From Magallana gigas (taxonomy: Eukaryota): a stretch of DNA of 64,000 nucleotides. The notes under the pieces are model-generated. The model did no database searches. It saw only the letters and a list, made by a program, of their open reading frames with translations, and was not told the DNA's origin. The stretch spans positions 48,050,001-48,114,000 of the forward strand of contig NC_088857.1 of NCBI RefSeq assembly GCF_963853765.1, in the 5' to 3' direction. Positions 34,701 to 47,937 of the stretch are shown one piece after another; the first letter of the stretch is position 1; each line of letters opens with the position of its first letter. Position numbers and translations under genes: made by a program.

Positions 34701-37381
34701 ATCAAATATATATGCTAGGGTACCCCATTACTCTGGATAGGGAGTGTTTATCAATTGAGGGTTTACAAATGGATTATGGATACTGCTCACATAAAAGAAA
34801 ACCGGGTTTGCTGTCACGTTGTCAAACTTTTCACTTGTCTCTATGTATTCTTATGTAAAACTTCACTGAGAATCTCATTGATCTGGTTCCTTGTCTACAT
34901 AGGTTGGGGAATGTGGTGCAAATCGGAATCTCCAGAACAAGAAGTGGTGCAGCAGTGGTAGCACCACCACAATTCGGTTAGAGAACCTGAAGGGGATAGC
35001 CACCTCCATGGTACAAAAGTACTCATTCTATATGACCGCTGTCTCCATCTGTTCCGAAGACGCCAGGATTCCCCAAGAGCAAGTGGCAGATTCAGGTAAA
35101 TGGCAGCAAACACACATTGTAAAAGGCTATTTAAAGGTAAAGAGACTGTACGAAGGTTGTTAGAAAAAGTTTGTGGACAAGTTCGATTGTGAGCGGACTA
35201 TTTGCATGATACCAGCAAAAGTTATATCAGTTTTATACTTGACGTAGTTTCTAAAAAATATGTAAAGATTTGGTTTTTTGTTAAATGCACAATAAAAAAT
35301 ATACAGCTTACTTTTTATGCTAAGATATGCTTCATGGAGCATGTCAGCATTTGATATTTTTATATTTTGAACGCATTTCTACTATAAATAAAATGTACCG
35401 TTTAAACCAATGATAAATGATATTCCATATGATATGTTAAAATAACTTATGAAGGTCATTTTGTGAAAGTTTTAATTAGATTAAAGAATATCTGACCATT
35501 TTATTGCTGAATATGGACGACCCACGCATGAAAATAAAGTAAAAAATGTTAACATCAATGGACATTTTGGAGCACCTTCATTAAATTTGTATGCAAGCAG
35601 GAAAATCTCCAATGAGACCAAAAGGTTCTTAGATGCTGCTAGAGATGGCTCACATATGTTTAGGACAATGGGTTACAAATGGAATCAGATGTTTAAAGGT
35701 TGAAGGACTGATATTTTGAGGTCTTGCTGTTAACCCACCCCCCAACCCGGATCTTGCACCTATTGATTTTGCTTTATCGAAACTTTTGACAGAGATTTCG
35801 GATCTAAATGATCTACGACATGCCACAAAAGACATTATGCAAAATCTTGACAAATAAAGGTATAAAGGTGCATTTTATGAATGGGTTAAATGTCTTTAAA
35901 GTATGTGGAATTGAAAGGTGTTTACTTTGGAAAAGCGTGACAGGTTTGCCTTTCAGTTATTTGGCGTCACAAGATGTCATGGAAATATGAAATGGCACTC
36001 TGTAAATCTAATTCATACATTATAGTAAAAATCGCTGTATATTTTGAATGAATTATCAAAGTTATATGATTTTTCATACTTATTTTCAAATGACAGTAAT
36101 TTAATAAGACATACTGTGGTTTCATCAATATTCGTTAAATACCAATTTTCGTGGATTTCGTTGTTTAGTTGATCCACGAAATTAAATGTTCATTGAAGTG
36201 GAATTTTTATTAACATTTTGTATTGATAGGGTCATTGGCCACGAGTTTACATATCCTTGAAATTGTGATTTTCACTTTATCCATGAAAATTGATGCCTTT
36301 GAATATTAATGAAACCACAGTATGTCATCCTACAAAGTACATAGTACTGTGGAATCATCATTGTTCATGTGGGACCAATCTTCATGGCTTCTGTGTGGAG
36401 CCCATACCCACAAATATACATCCCCATGAACCTTATATAGACAATATTTGTTTAATATTTATTGAAATTGTCCTGATTACACTACCAATGAAATTGCATC
36501 CCCATGAACAAGAGTATTTCTAGCTACCCACGAACCTAGACCCCCACAAATAAAAATGATTCCACAGTAATTTTTCCGTTAATCACTTTTTGTGCAAACT
36601 TTTCTAACAACCCTCGTAGTCATCACATTAAAACAACAGTGTGATATTCTATATATCCCACAGTCGTAATAATGAACGATTCTATTAATAACATTGAATC
36701 GTCATTTGATTTATGATCAAACTTGGCTGCCAGTATGATATGTTTAATGGTGTGTTTTTCAGCCTTTGGTGGCAGTATGAGTGTGACTGTCATTATAATC
36801 ATCGCTGTCCTCGGATGTGTCACCATATGTACCTGTGTCGTCGTCATATTCCTGGTGTGGTACGTCAAACGGCACTCGGCTGTAGAACGACAGAGAGACC
36901 GCGATTACCACAACCAAACACTGCACATCTCCCCATCTGGGTCAGGTAGCTTGAACTGCTATTTTATGTCTATAAACTCTATAAACAGCCAAGATGTGAC
37001 TTCTAAACACTTTCCATATTGTTTTTTAATAGCTGGGTGCATATAAACACCATTTTAACAAGTTGGATAAAGCAAATATAAAAATCACAGATTGTGTGAC
37101 ATTGATAATATAGTTATCCTCTATACTACATTGTACTTCCAGACAATTATCATCCAGTACAAGCCACTGACAATGGCTGCCATAGTGAGCAAGAGACCTT
37201 TGGATTGATGAAAGAATCCACACAAAATGACAGAATCTGGCAGGAGCCCAGTGCCCCACCCCCAGAGGCAGAAGTCACCGACCCTGAGGATCAAAGGCCC
37301 CCCAGTTACTGCAGCACTCCCCCAGAATACAGGCCTTTTATTCCTAACGGTGAACAACCTTCTTCTGAAGAAAAGGTGTGA
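31739..37381 (+). CDS. Uncharacterised type I membrane protein (315 aa): signal peptide, Cys-rich CUB-like ectodomain, TM helix, PSAP/PPxY tail
   Basis: Exons 31739-31820, 32856-33106, 34903-35095, 36763-36945 and 37143-37381; GT-AG, phases 1/0/1/1, 948 nt open to TGA. N-terminus MSRINSLLPPLSVLALFLPVCLS; 8 ectodomain Cys; TM VTVIIIIAVLGCVTICTCVVVIFLVWYV followed by KR; tail EPSAPPP..RPPSY..TPPEY..EEKV. The CUB-like call is inferred from the Cys/beta pattern only. Confidence 0.86.
31918..32494. mobile_element. MITE with TIR AAAG(G/A)ACTATAT(G/A)TGATATG and internal inverted repeat
   Basis: Terminal inverted repeats plus AGAGCGCATGCTTGAACAA / TTGTTCAAGCATGCGCTCT. Confidence 0.75.
32524..32718. 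mobile_element. TACTGT..ACAGTA MITE
   Basis: 13-bp perfect TIR TACTGTAGAAGCA / TGCTTCTACAGTA. Confidence 0.78.
36112..36322. mobile_element. TACTGT..ACAGTA MITE
   Basis: TIR TACTGTGGTTTCAT.AATATT / AATATTAATGAAACCACAGTA. Confidence 0.8.
36345..36569. mobile_element. TACTGT..ACAGTA MITE
   Basis: TIR TACTGTGGAATCAT / ATGATTCCACAGTA; remnant of the same family at ~10087-10148. Confidence 0.8.
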
Positions 37382-39414
37382 AATCAAAGAACTTGGATCA
37401 ATGTATCTCATTGTTGCCCCAACTTTGAATTTTGTACAGTAGTTAAGGTTGTCTTTGTCCAAAATTTCTATAAGGGAGTCACTGTTAAATTGTTGTCTTA
37501 GCAAGTACCATACTTTATTTGTTTATTTTTGGGAAATGTTTTGTAAATGATGCATGGGTAAAATCTACATGAAAAAAATATTTGGGTTTCTTAAAAGAAT
37601 ATTTAGATAGCACTTTATCAGATATTAAAATATATTTTATCCATAACATCTGAGGCTAAGTCCTATTGTAACAACTTAAATCTATCACAGAGTTCGCACA
37701 AATCATTAAAAAAAAAAAACCAAAAAAACTTTGATTTTAAGCAGTCCTTAAAAAGGACTAAAAAATGCAAAAAAAACAACAACAAAAACAGCAAAACATT
37801 GCGAAAAAGTGTATGATCAAGTTTTCATGTATTAAAAGTGCTTGGATTCTTTTCTTTGGTGCTTGAAGTATGATTGTGTGCTACATACTAGAAATCATTT
37901 TATTCTTCTTTTACATACTTTTTTAGCACAAAAAAAGTTTGAAAGTGCTTGAAATAATACTGTACATGTCTGCTTTTGGTCTATCAGTCATCTCAGTACT
38001 TTGATTAGAGGTAGTGTAGTGTACAAAATCATTCTGAAAGGGTGATTATTTTTATTTTTACATGCCTTTTGAATAAAAGCAGGTAGATTTTTGCACTTGC
38101 AAGTCAGTTGATTATTGGTTGTCAATGTACCACATAATACCTGGTACATGTAGTAGATGACCCCTACTGATTTTCATATTGAGGTCTCTTGTATCCAAAG
38201 ATAAAATCATACATGGGAAACCCTTTGCTTCTTCATGCAGCATCATGTAGAAAAGTCAACATTTCAAACATGGTGGGGCATATCTGTTTATACTATAATC
38301 TTTTTTATTTTATCTAGAATGAATTGTCGGAGCTTAAAGCTGCAATATGATAACTGATGTCTTGTATGGACAGTTTTTCAGAAAATAAATTCATAGAATT
38401 CATGTATACATGATTATTTATTTGAAATTAATGACGCCATAAAATAGTACAGGACGCTAAAGGTCCATGGTCAAACAGGTTTACATGTACGTTATTTTAT
38501 ACACAACATGTATACGTCATTGAATACTTACAGGTGTGCCCATGTATGATAGAGCACTTTACAAGTGTTGGAAGGTAATTATAAATACCATCTAGTTGTT
38601 TATGGAGATAGCATTTGTTGCTGTTTTATTGTTGAAAGGAAAAACATGACTTTGTATGAAACAGTAACTCCCAATTGTACTACTACTGTGTGTGTACAGT
38701 ACTCCATCGAAAACGAAGTGCTTGTCATTCAATACATATATAAGTATATCTGTCACCATGTGTGATGTAGCACATTAGAAATGGTATGAGGCATTTATTA
38801 ATGCCACCTAGATGTTCAGATTGTTGATTTAGAAGAAAAGTCATGCAGTGGTGTTAACTACATTGTACATAGTTGTGCCATAAACATATTTTTTTCTAAT
38901 TTACATAATCATCCTCTTAAGAATATTTGTTTTATACATGTATACATATTTTTTTTTACAACATTTATTCTATTTCTCTCTGCTTTTTGAACTAGTGGTT
39001 AATTTTTTTCTTTTATGGCATTATTTTGTATTTGATGTATTTGCTTTAAACATGGAAGAATACCTTGTATTTTATTTTGTTCAGAGAATGTTGAGGTATT
39101 TACATACCAGATATTGTTGTGCTGATCTTACTAACAGTTCAGTAAGTGTGATTATTATACATTTAGTAGTTCAATGAAAGATTCACAGGGGGAGGTTATA
39201 TGACATTCACTGGCTAAGCACATAAAAAAGGTGCCAAGATGAAGATCATGCTTCATAATTCAATTGCAAAGTCATGATTTTAAATTTGTCGCTATTTGAA
39301 ATTTTCATATGTCATTGAATAAAGTAATGAAATGATTTCATTACCAGGACATAATCCCAGAGTAAGCCATCTCCATTTAGTAACAATTTACACAGGATGC
39401 AATTAGCATATAAC

Positions 39415-39733
39415 TTACTATGCCCCCCTTCGAAGAAGGAAGGGCATATTGCTTTGCTGCTGTCTGTCGGTCTATTGGTCGGTCCAACAACAGTTTTCGT
39501 TCATTTTCTTCGCAGAGGATGAACGCTGTGAAATAAAATTTGGTATACAGGTTTATCTAAATAATATCTAGGTCAAATTTGATTTTGGGTATGATAGAGC
39601 AATTTTCGACAGAGTTATGCCCCTTGGACTTAGAAAAATTCTAAATACCGGTATTTGCAGTTTACGTTGAACTTCATTTTCTTTAAGGATGTTTCCAAGG
39701 GAGGGGGGCATAAGTGTTTCACAAACATCTTGT
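39415..39733 (+). mobile_element. CvA/pearl-like Helentron-type HINE
   Basis: 5' ATGCCCCCCTTCGAAGAAGGAAGGGCATATTG hairpin, (GTCG/GTCT)n, and 3' GGGGGCATAAGTGTTTCACAAACATCTTGT. Confidence 0.78.
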
Positions 39734-40170
39734 CTTAAATTTGTTTTTTTAATAAGTAAGATCCTGTTCAAGTCACTTGACATATTATTGAGGAATACAT
39801 TATTACAGACTTATTGCAACTCGATGAATAAAAATTCCAAGTTTTACCAAATATAAGCTATTTTTCAGAATATTTATGTATGTACACTACTACAGCTTTC
39901 AGCATTTCATATTGATTAATATTAAAATACTTCAGATCCCGTTACATTTTGAAACGTACCTTACTATTTACTTTGTGCATACCTACAGACGACATAGTTG
40001 TTATTAGATTCAAGCCTCATCTACATAAAGAGATTCAAAATCTATTTGATTTAAAATCCAGGAATTGAAAATATCTGGTATTATGAAAACCCCATCCAGC
40101 AATTTTTCTTTGTTGCTATCAATAAATATACTAGTCAACACCAATCTACTGTATCTGACCAATCCCAAAT

Positions 40171-40396
40171 TACTGTTAGTAGACTCCTAATTAAAGGCGA
40201 GGAATTAATATCCACATAAAATTGCGAGAAGCACTCTTTGCGGATTTTAAAATCTCGCCATTATATTCTGAGAGTTGAGAACTATAAGAAATTACGGAGA
40301 AAAGATCGACGTACACAATTTTATATTCTCGCAATTTGATACAAAACAGTGGGATCATGGAATTAAGTACTCGCATAATATAAGGAATTCACAGTA
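40171..40396. mobile_element. TACTGT..ACAGTA MITE
   Basis: Termini and internal motifs shared with 25919-26098. Confidence 0.72.
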
Positions 40397-41961
40397 GGGA
40401 TGCAATGAGATCAAAAGATTGGTGTGTTACGAAAGCTTAAGATTTTCTAGTCTGTAAAGAAGCATTATTGGTATATAAAGTAATAAATGTAAAATACAAC
40501 AGGTAAAGGCATACAAGACAAAATTTTGTATAACCCTGGAATTTTTAATGTGCCATTCACAAACAAAACTGCCAGTATATTCTGTCGAGTTACATATTTA
40601 TAGTCATAATTTAGTAGCAGTTTAATCCAAAGAATTGAGTGTGTATAAATCTGAGCTTTGTGTGGTCATAATTTAACTACAGCAAAATGATTGCAGACAG
40701 ATATGATTAAATGTTTGGTTATCACCTCAGGTTAATGTGCACTATTTACAAACGGTGAAAACTGCTTCCTGCACTCTCAGCCTTATGGGCAATTGGTAAT
40801 GCACCATGCAAATGGTATAACATCTCTGTATCAATGGTACTGTACCATGTATGCTGTGCTGTATCACTTTCAGGGGCCATATGATAATGATTTTGATCTC
40901 CGGCCATTTCACCAAAACATTTATACAGGGAGGCAACTAGACTACAATGTATAGAATGTAATTTGTATCTTATTGTTATAAATACACCAGTAAAAGGGAA
41001 AGAATGAATCATGTTTGAGATATGTTAACATCAAATACCCTCGCATTGTATATGGTTATTATTTGTAGTTCTTTCATGCCATAATTTGTAAGACTGACCA
41101 TTGTAACAATTTGAGAAAATGTTCAAGGTCATATGTATTTGTATATTTGTTTGAAAAAAAAAGTTTTCATAAATATGATGAAATAAGACATTTGAATCAA
41201 GACTACTAAATATTGAATAATGTGTTAAGCTAACAAAAAATGTTAGCATATTTTATGTTTAGCGGTGTTAAAGTTTTAATTAGGTTTTGTTGATATGGAG
41301 AGATAGGGCTGTTCTTTGTAAACTTGTAAATTTATGTTGTTGCAGGCTTCAGTCAAGAATGAAATCCATTGCTGTAAAGAATCGTACTGTCTGTAGAATA
41401 TACTAATCATGTATTACATTTACTGTAAGTCATTCAATATTATTGTTTATGAGCTGTATCATTGATATTTATATACTTATGAACAAATAAATGTATATAC
41501 TCTTTTTTCAATATTTCCAGTCTTATTTTATTACCAGCGTGTAGCTGGTTATTCTGGCAGTTGGATATTGTTTTGTCAATGCACCTGGCATTTGACCTGA
41601 CCTCAGTTTGCTTTCCTGTTGATCACTAAAAGTAAGTAGAATATCTGTTTATGAAAATTATTATACTAATTTCAAATATTATACAATTTTTGCTGTTTTT
41701 CAGGTCAATACAGTGATTTAGCTACCCGAGAAGTACAATATTTACCAAGCCGGAGGCGAGGTAAATATTTTACTTCGAACCCACCGAGTTCTAATGTGTA
41801 CAGACAAATAAACTTACCATATAAATAACTTAACAAGACATTTAAAATGTCCATATTGTGATTCATCATGACTGTATAAAGAAATAAAGTGATGTGGATG
41901 TGGAGAAAAGTAATAAAACAGGAAAAACATTTCAAAGTCAAGAATGTATTTATTAATTTAA

Positions 41962-42391
41962 GGTCAGACGACACGTTCCTCAATTTTATATAACATTTTC
42001 CAGGAATTTGTTAATGGTTTACTACTACTCCGACAAGCTTTCTTGCAAAAAATTAGAATACCTTACCAAGCATTTCTGCAAAATACTAGAGAATGCAATT
42101 TCCTATATAATCTTCTTGAAAATACACTTGAATTGCTGATATAAAAATAAATAAATAATACAGCACAGCGAAATTCACTATATTGGGCAGGGCTTTGAAC
42201 TCACAACCTCTAGAACCTACGCTTCTGGAAGAGATTGGCCACAGCTGTAACCACTCGGCCATATAGGCATATAACCATATACAAGTAAATTTTAATCATT
42301 TTAAAAATCATTATAAAAATAATAATTTTTATTTGAACTCTTTATTACGAGGAGATACAAAAATTATGCTCGAGGAACATGTCTTCTGACC
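41962..42391. mobile_element. TTAA-flanked MITE with tRNA-like segment, copy 2
   Basis: Colinear with 3555-4003; TTAA at 41958-41961 and 42392-42395; right TIR has a few mismatches. Confidence 0.88.
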
Positions 42392-42721
42392 TTAATGAAT
42401 ATCTATAGTTTTGTCTTTTTATTATATATTTTTTATGTACATTGTACGGTGAATTACAGTGGAAACCTTGACAATCTGATCCTCTTCAAGTCTACCACAA
42501 TTATCAGATTATAATGCTTTATTTGCAATTAGATTAAGTCAATGTAACATAATGACAAAAATACCCTGATAATCCACTGCTCTGCAGATACATCAAGGTT
42601 AGGTTTCTTTTCATACAAAAATGACACAAAGCTTCAATTTGTAACAATGAAAGTTGTCTGATCATAATCACTAAGGGCCTAAACATTTGGTGAAAATGAA
42701 ATACTCTGCATTTAATTTTGG

Positions 42722-43635
42722 TCACGTTGCACTTGAGCCAGTTCTGTCAGTGGTCAACTTCTTTACCCATTCTTTTACTAGTTCTGTTTTAAATTTTCCT
42801 GAAACAAAACCAAAATTATTTATTTGGGTGTCTTTCATTTGACTGTAATTTTCTTTTGACCTTGATTTTCTATTAAGTATATTAGTTTCAAGGGGGAGGG
42901 GAATAAACTATGTATAAAACAAATATATCAGAAAAACTTGTATCTTTAAATATGTCAATTGTTACGTCTACACATCAACTGACGCTGTCATTAATAGTAT
43001 AGTGTAGTATTTTGAAGTAGCACAGCAAAGTGATTAAATTACGCTTTAAAATTACCCTGGCACAGAAGCTGCCCAAAAAATTTCAGACAGACTGTGACAA
43101 TACAATATACATTATCCAATTAAAGAGAATAAAGATCAATATCCCGTGGAGAAAAGATGAGACCTGCATGACTGATTTATTGGCAGGAAATAAAATGTCA
43201 ACGGATGCTTAATATAATTCATCTTTGAAGCAGACAATGAGTAAGTTAACAATTAGTTTCGCATTGCTCACCTGCTGTGCTGTCAAAGAACTCTTGTAGA
43301 TGACCTGGACAATCGCTCAGTGTCTCGTACTCGTGAGCTTGAAGTATCATCTCAAACTTGTCCAAATCCTTCACAAACTTGGCCTCTTCACTCCTTTGAA
43401 ATTCATAATCCTGAATAAATATTTGATCACCAATTTATGCCAGTTTAGTACAAGTGCAGCTCTGTTGAGAAATCAGTAATAATGTTAGAAAATGCCAATA
43501 ATTCACTGTGCAAAGAAAACACTCAAACAAAAATAATTTACTTCTTGAGGTCTTAAAATAATCAAAGTATGGAAGTACTGAAAGCCGGGCTCTTTTGGTG
43601 TGTCTTTATGCATATTGTGTCGTAAAGACTGAAAA

Positions 43636-43678
<43 letters not shown>

Positions 43679-46600
43679 CATGCTTTTAATTTCGGGAAAG
43701 CGTCAGAGAGCAACCAAATTTTGTAAGCGGCTATAAACAAAAATATTTCTGTCCAGTAGAAAAAAATTCAACAGTTGCTGCCTTGAATTTTGCAACAAGT
43801 GTTATATATTCTATCCCCATTTCTTCAACGAGCAGCAAAGTAGTTCATGGAAATTCATGCGCATTGTATGTGTCCAAAAATGCATTGTCTTGTTTTTAAA
43901 ACACGTTACTAATAAGGAAACTAAATAAGATAGACAATTCTCTCAAATTTAAAAAAAGAAAGAAACAAAATGCCAACACTTTTGACAAAACATGGCTCTT
44001 TGTGTAACTATTTGGTATAGCGGAAGCATTTACTTGGATGCTGTTTGGTTTTTTGTTTACTTTTGAAGTTGTGCTATTTATAGTAACATTGGCGATTTGC
44101 CTGCCTACAACCAGGACTCTGCTTTCAGCAGAGCCCGGCTAAAAAAATCAATTAACACTTTAAAAAGTTCTAACATTTTAACCCCCCCCCCCTTTCCTAA
44201 TTTTCTGTCCTATTTCCCCCGTCAAAATGCTGCATACTGTATGACTTTTCAAATCAATTCTATTACTGTAACATGTATGATCAAGATTAACATAGACAAA
44301 AGTGCCATAACTCAACTTTCCACCTAAAGTTTACTGTTAATACATGTATTGCAGTTTCTACTATTCACCTCAAAGAAGACAACTTTGTGCCTTAGGCAGA
44401 TAAAAAAGATATTTTTTAAATATAAATGTAACTGGTTTTTTTTAAAACTTAATTTTATTTTTTCTCTCATCAACTAAGCAGCCTATATATCTCAAGCATA
44501 TACATTGTATGTGCATCAAAATTGACAAGGCATGCCATGAAATAAATTAAACTGATTTACATATCATAACTGTGACCAACAGTTTGTACTTTCATTTGCC
44601 TTGTTTTCAGCATGCATGTTTTTATAGCAATTAATTCATTAAAAGTAAATGAATGTATTCATAATTAGTCTAAACAAATGCTATAGTGTCCAAACGCACG
44701 TACCATTAAACTTATATTTGTTTAGTCCTCTCATAAAGTTTCTATCCCCATTATATTTGATATGACCCCTTTGAGGTTAATTTGCCACCCATAATCAATA
44801 GGGCCCCTGTCCAAATTTTTCTGTAATAGGATAACTTTTTCAGTTAATTTACCTCTCATTACTTTTATTTGTTAGGAATAGTTTTACCTCCCATAACTCG
44901 TACAGTTCTCGACCAACTTCTTCAGGTACCAAACTGCATATCTGCTTCATGGCATCCTGAAAATGAATACAAAATTACAGAAAGATTTGCTGGCAATTCA
45001 GTGTATTACAATGAATTTTTTGCAAACAGGATAAGCAACAATTGTGAGTCATGTGATATCTTGAAGTGTTTGCAGAAAATACTCTGAAATTTTCTTTTAA
45101 CTACATTGTATTTGAACATTAAACCATGTAAACTATATGTTTTTTTGCTGGGATAAAATGGTCTAAATTAAGAGGAAACGGAGACCATTTTCCATTTGTT
45201 TGAAGTTTATTTCCATTGGCCAAAATTAATGACAAATATGTACCATTTCCTGTTTTTGTTTCTCTGCCTTTGGAATATTGTCCTGGGGAGTCAGGTCTCC
45301 TACGATACACTCTGCTAGGTCATGCACCAGACTTATTTTGATACATCTGCAGATACATACATGTACACAGGATATTATTTAAGCAGACTCTGCATTGGTC
45401 AATCATCTCTGATTAAGTTTCCTAGTATAAACATAAAAATGATGCAATGAGAACAGGGCAGAAGTTATTTGGCCATGAAAGCAAGAAAATATCAACCAGT
45501 TACAGTATTTAGTTATGCAAAACTGGCCAATTAAGAGAATTTGTATTTCCTTAAAAAAGCAAGTAATAAACATATAGAATGAGGAAGAAGATACATTGTA
45601 AAAGAGATGCTGGAAGGTAAGGAATAAAATTTTCCATAAAATAAAATGAGATTATACAAATTCAGCCCTCCTGCTCTTTTTACTAGTGTGTGTGTTTATG
45701 ACCTGTCTTTATTGAGACCTGAGCTGGTGGGGTCTACCAGGAAAGACAAGATGGCCATCCTATACATGTGGTCTGCAACGGACTCGGGCTCCTTCACTTG
45801 TCGCAGCACCCAGCCTGTCCTCTTCACCCGCTGGACCAACAAAAATATTAAAAAAATTATTTACAAAGATTCAAATTCCATATGATATTAAAGGGGTATG
45901 GTCACAATTTGATTTCTTTAATTTTTTTGTTTTATTTCAATGCTCTAGTAATGCATTTCTAATGCAAAAAAATTTGAGTGTCAATTGTAGAGTCATAAGA
46001 AAGAGTCAGAGCTCACAATTCTTTGTTATGTAATAAAGGCTTTACAAAACAAAACATTGTGAGCTCTGTATCTCACTTATAACTCAGCGACTGATACTCA
46101 AATTTTGGTTAACTTAGTATTAGAAATGCCTTACTGAAGCATTGTAAACATTAAAAATGAAAACATGAATTTTAATTAAAATTGTGACCATGCCTTTTTA
46201 AAATCAGTCTATCTTTACTAAATCATTTGAATTTTTGTATATTCACACTCATATATTAAATTTCAAATTTACAAAATGGCAATCTAATTAAAATTAGAAC
46301 ATCCATTCACTCCCCAGTTTCCGATATGTCGCATGGTTTGTCTCATTATTTGGTGGGGTCCTGTGTACAAGGGTTAACAGCATTGACCAATTTATCGGAA
46401 GGTCAAATATCTTGAAAGTTTCTGTGAATCAACACAAGGAAACATTTATTATTGTGATTTATACTAAAAAGTTTTAAGAGTTTTATTTTACAAGCTACAG
46501 TGTAGGTACTGACAAAATCAACAACCGCTTGTAAAATTTCTTCTTTCCTGTTACACTATATTCCCCCTTCTTTTTCTTTTTTTTTTTGCTCAGATTGGGT

Positions 46601-47635
46601 CAAATCCCTGTGGACAACAAGTGATCATATGCTCACTTGTATGGGCACCCCAAATTCACAAAATGATCTTAACGTAGTTTCACAGTCAATAAACTAAGTA
46701 GATCTCTTGTAAACTGTAGTTTATGGACAGAAAACTATAGTCTATACTGGCGTGCGACCAGTTCTCGCCGAGTACCATTTCTCGCCAGTACATTGTGACG
46801 TCATTTTTCGTCCATGATTTTATGTGTTGATAAAATGACGTCACAATGTACTGGCGAGAAATGGTACTCGGCGAGAACTGGTCGCACGCCAGTAGCGTTA
46901 ATCTATATTTCATATCTGTAAACCATAGTTTAGGCGATCACCTATGTTTCAGAAGTGTTAACGATTACTAACACTGTTAGCAACTATTTGAGATAACTGA
47001 TCTGATAAACATAGTTTGGCGATTGTAAAACTATGATTTAAAAATTACAACTCTTAATTAAAGCTAACAAATGTAAATTATAGTTTTCAAATGTGAATAT
47101 AATATATTTATCAGCAAAATCTATTGTTTATTTATATAAATGTTTATGTAAAGACAGATAAATTTAGATTAGCATAAACTATAGTTTACAATCATTAAAT
47201 ATAGTTTTACAAATGAAAGCTATAGTGAACGAATTGTTAACTATAGTGTACAGTAAATAAACTACATGTATAGTAAACAGTTACATGCAGTTTATGGTTT
47301 GAAAACTATAGTTAACAGTGAATAACCTTTATTGTTTATAAACTTTGAAACTATAGTTAACGATGTTTATATATAATGAATAACAACCCAGTTTATTACA
47401 TGAGAAACCATGTTTAGCTCATTTATTTGGCGTGCCATACACTTGAGCTTACAGTGCGACTCCCAGTAAACTCAGTACTTTGATAAATTTCCTCATTGAT
47501 CATAAAAGCTTATACATCCTAGATTCTTAGTCTAGCACCATCCAAATAGAGCACGCATTAAAATAAACAATTTTATACCTTAAGATCGCCAATCAAAGTC
47601 ATGAACTTTAACAACTTGTCCATTTCTGTATTCAT
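42722..47635 (-). CDS. HDDC2: HD domain-containing protein 2 (5'-deoxynucleotidase), 190 aa, complete
   Basis: Exons 47635-47579, 45830-45703, 45346-45244, 44956-44888, 43410-43272 and 42798-42722 (573 nt). Motifs LKRVKRTGW, PESVADHMYRMA, LVHDLAECIVGD, EAKFVKDLDKFEMILQAHEYE, FFDSTAGKF. AATAAA on minus at 42518-42523. Confidence 0.96.
45892..46197. mobile_element. TTAA-flanked MITE (Kolobok-like), family of 52528-53025
   Basis: TTAA|AGGGGTATGGTCACAATTT .. AATTGTGACCATGCCTT|TTAA; internal ATGCCTTACTGAAGCATTGTAAACATTAAAA shared with 52528-53025. Confidence 0.82.
46720..47400. repeat. Degenerate array of the palindromic motif AAACTATAGTTT
   Basis: About ten variants (AAACTATAGT, AAACCATAGTTT, AAACATAGTTT, AACTATAGTG) at irregular spacing in HDDC2 intron 1. 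Confidence 0.65.
46745..46894. mobile_element. 150-bp foldback mini-element
   Basis: Perfect ~60-bp arms TACTGGCGTGCGACCAGTTCTCGCCGAGTACCATTTCTCGCCAGTACATTGTGACGTCATTTT. Confidence 0.9.
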
Positions 47636-47937
47636 TTTGTTTGGACTGCTCGGAATTCCTCGCTTTATAAAATAAGTCCAAAGAAATTCCGAATGTCGTG
47701 GAAATAATAACCCAATCAGAAAAATATCCCTAATGTAGTACACGTTTATCGCATATATTAAAATATTCAATAAATTATTGAATTATTGATTAAAAATTAT
47801 TCTTCTCATATACAAACACGAAGATAAAAATTTATCACAATTTTTATTTATATTAACTTATTATTAAGTTATTTTTGTTGTTATTTCATATGCAATATTG
47901 CACTTACTGCTATTAGTATGTCAATTTAAAAACAAAG
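47636..47937. promoter_or_regulatory. Bidirectional promoter region HDDC2/MRPS28
   Basis: Divergent ATGs 302 nt apart; CCAATCAG (NF-Y-like) at 47712-47719. Confidence 0.7.
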
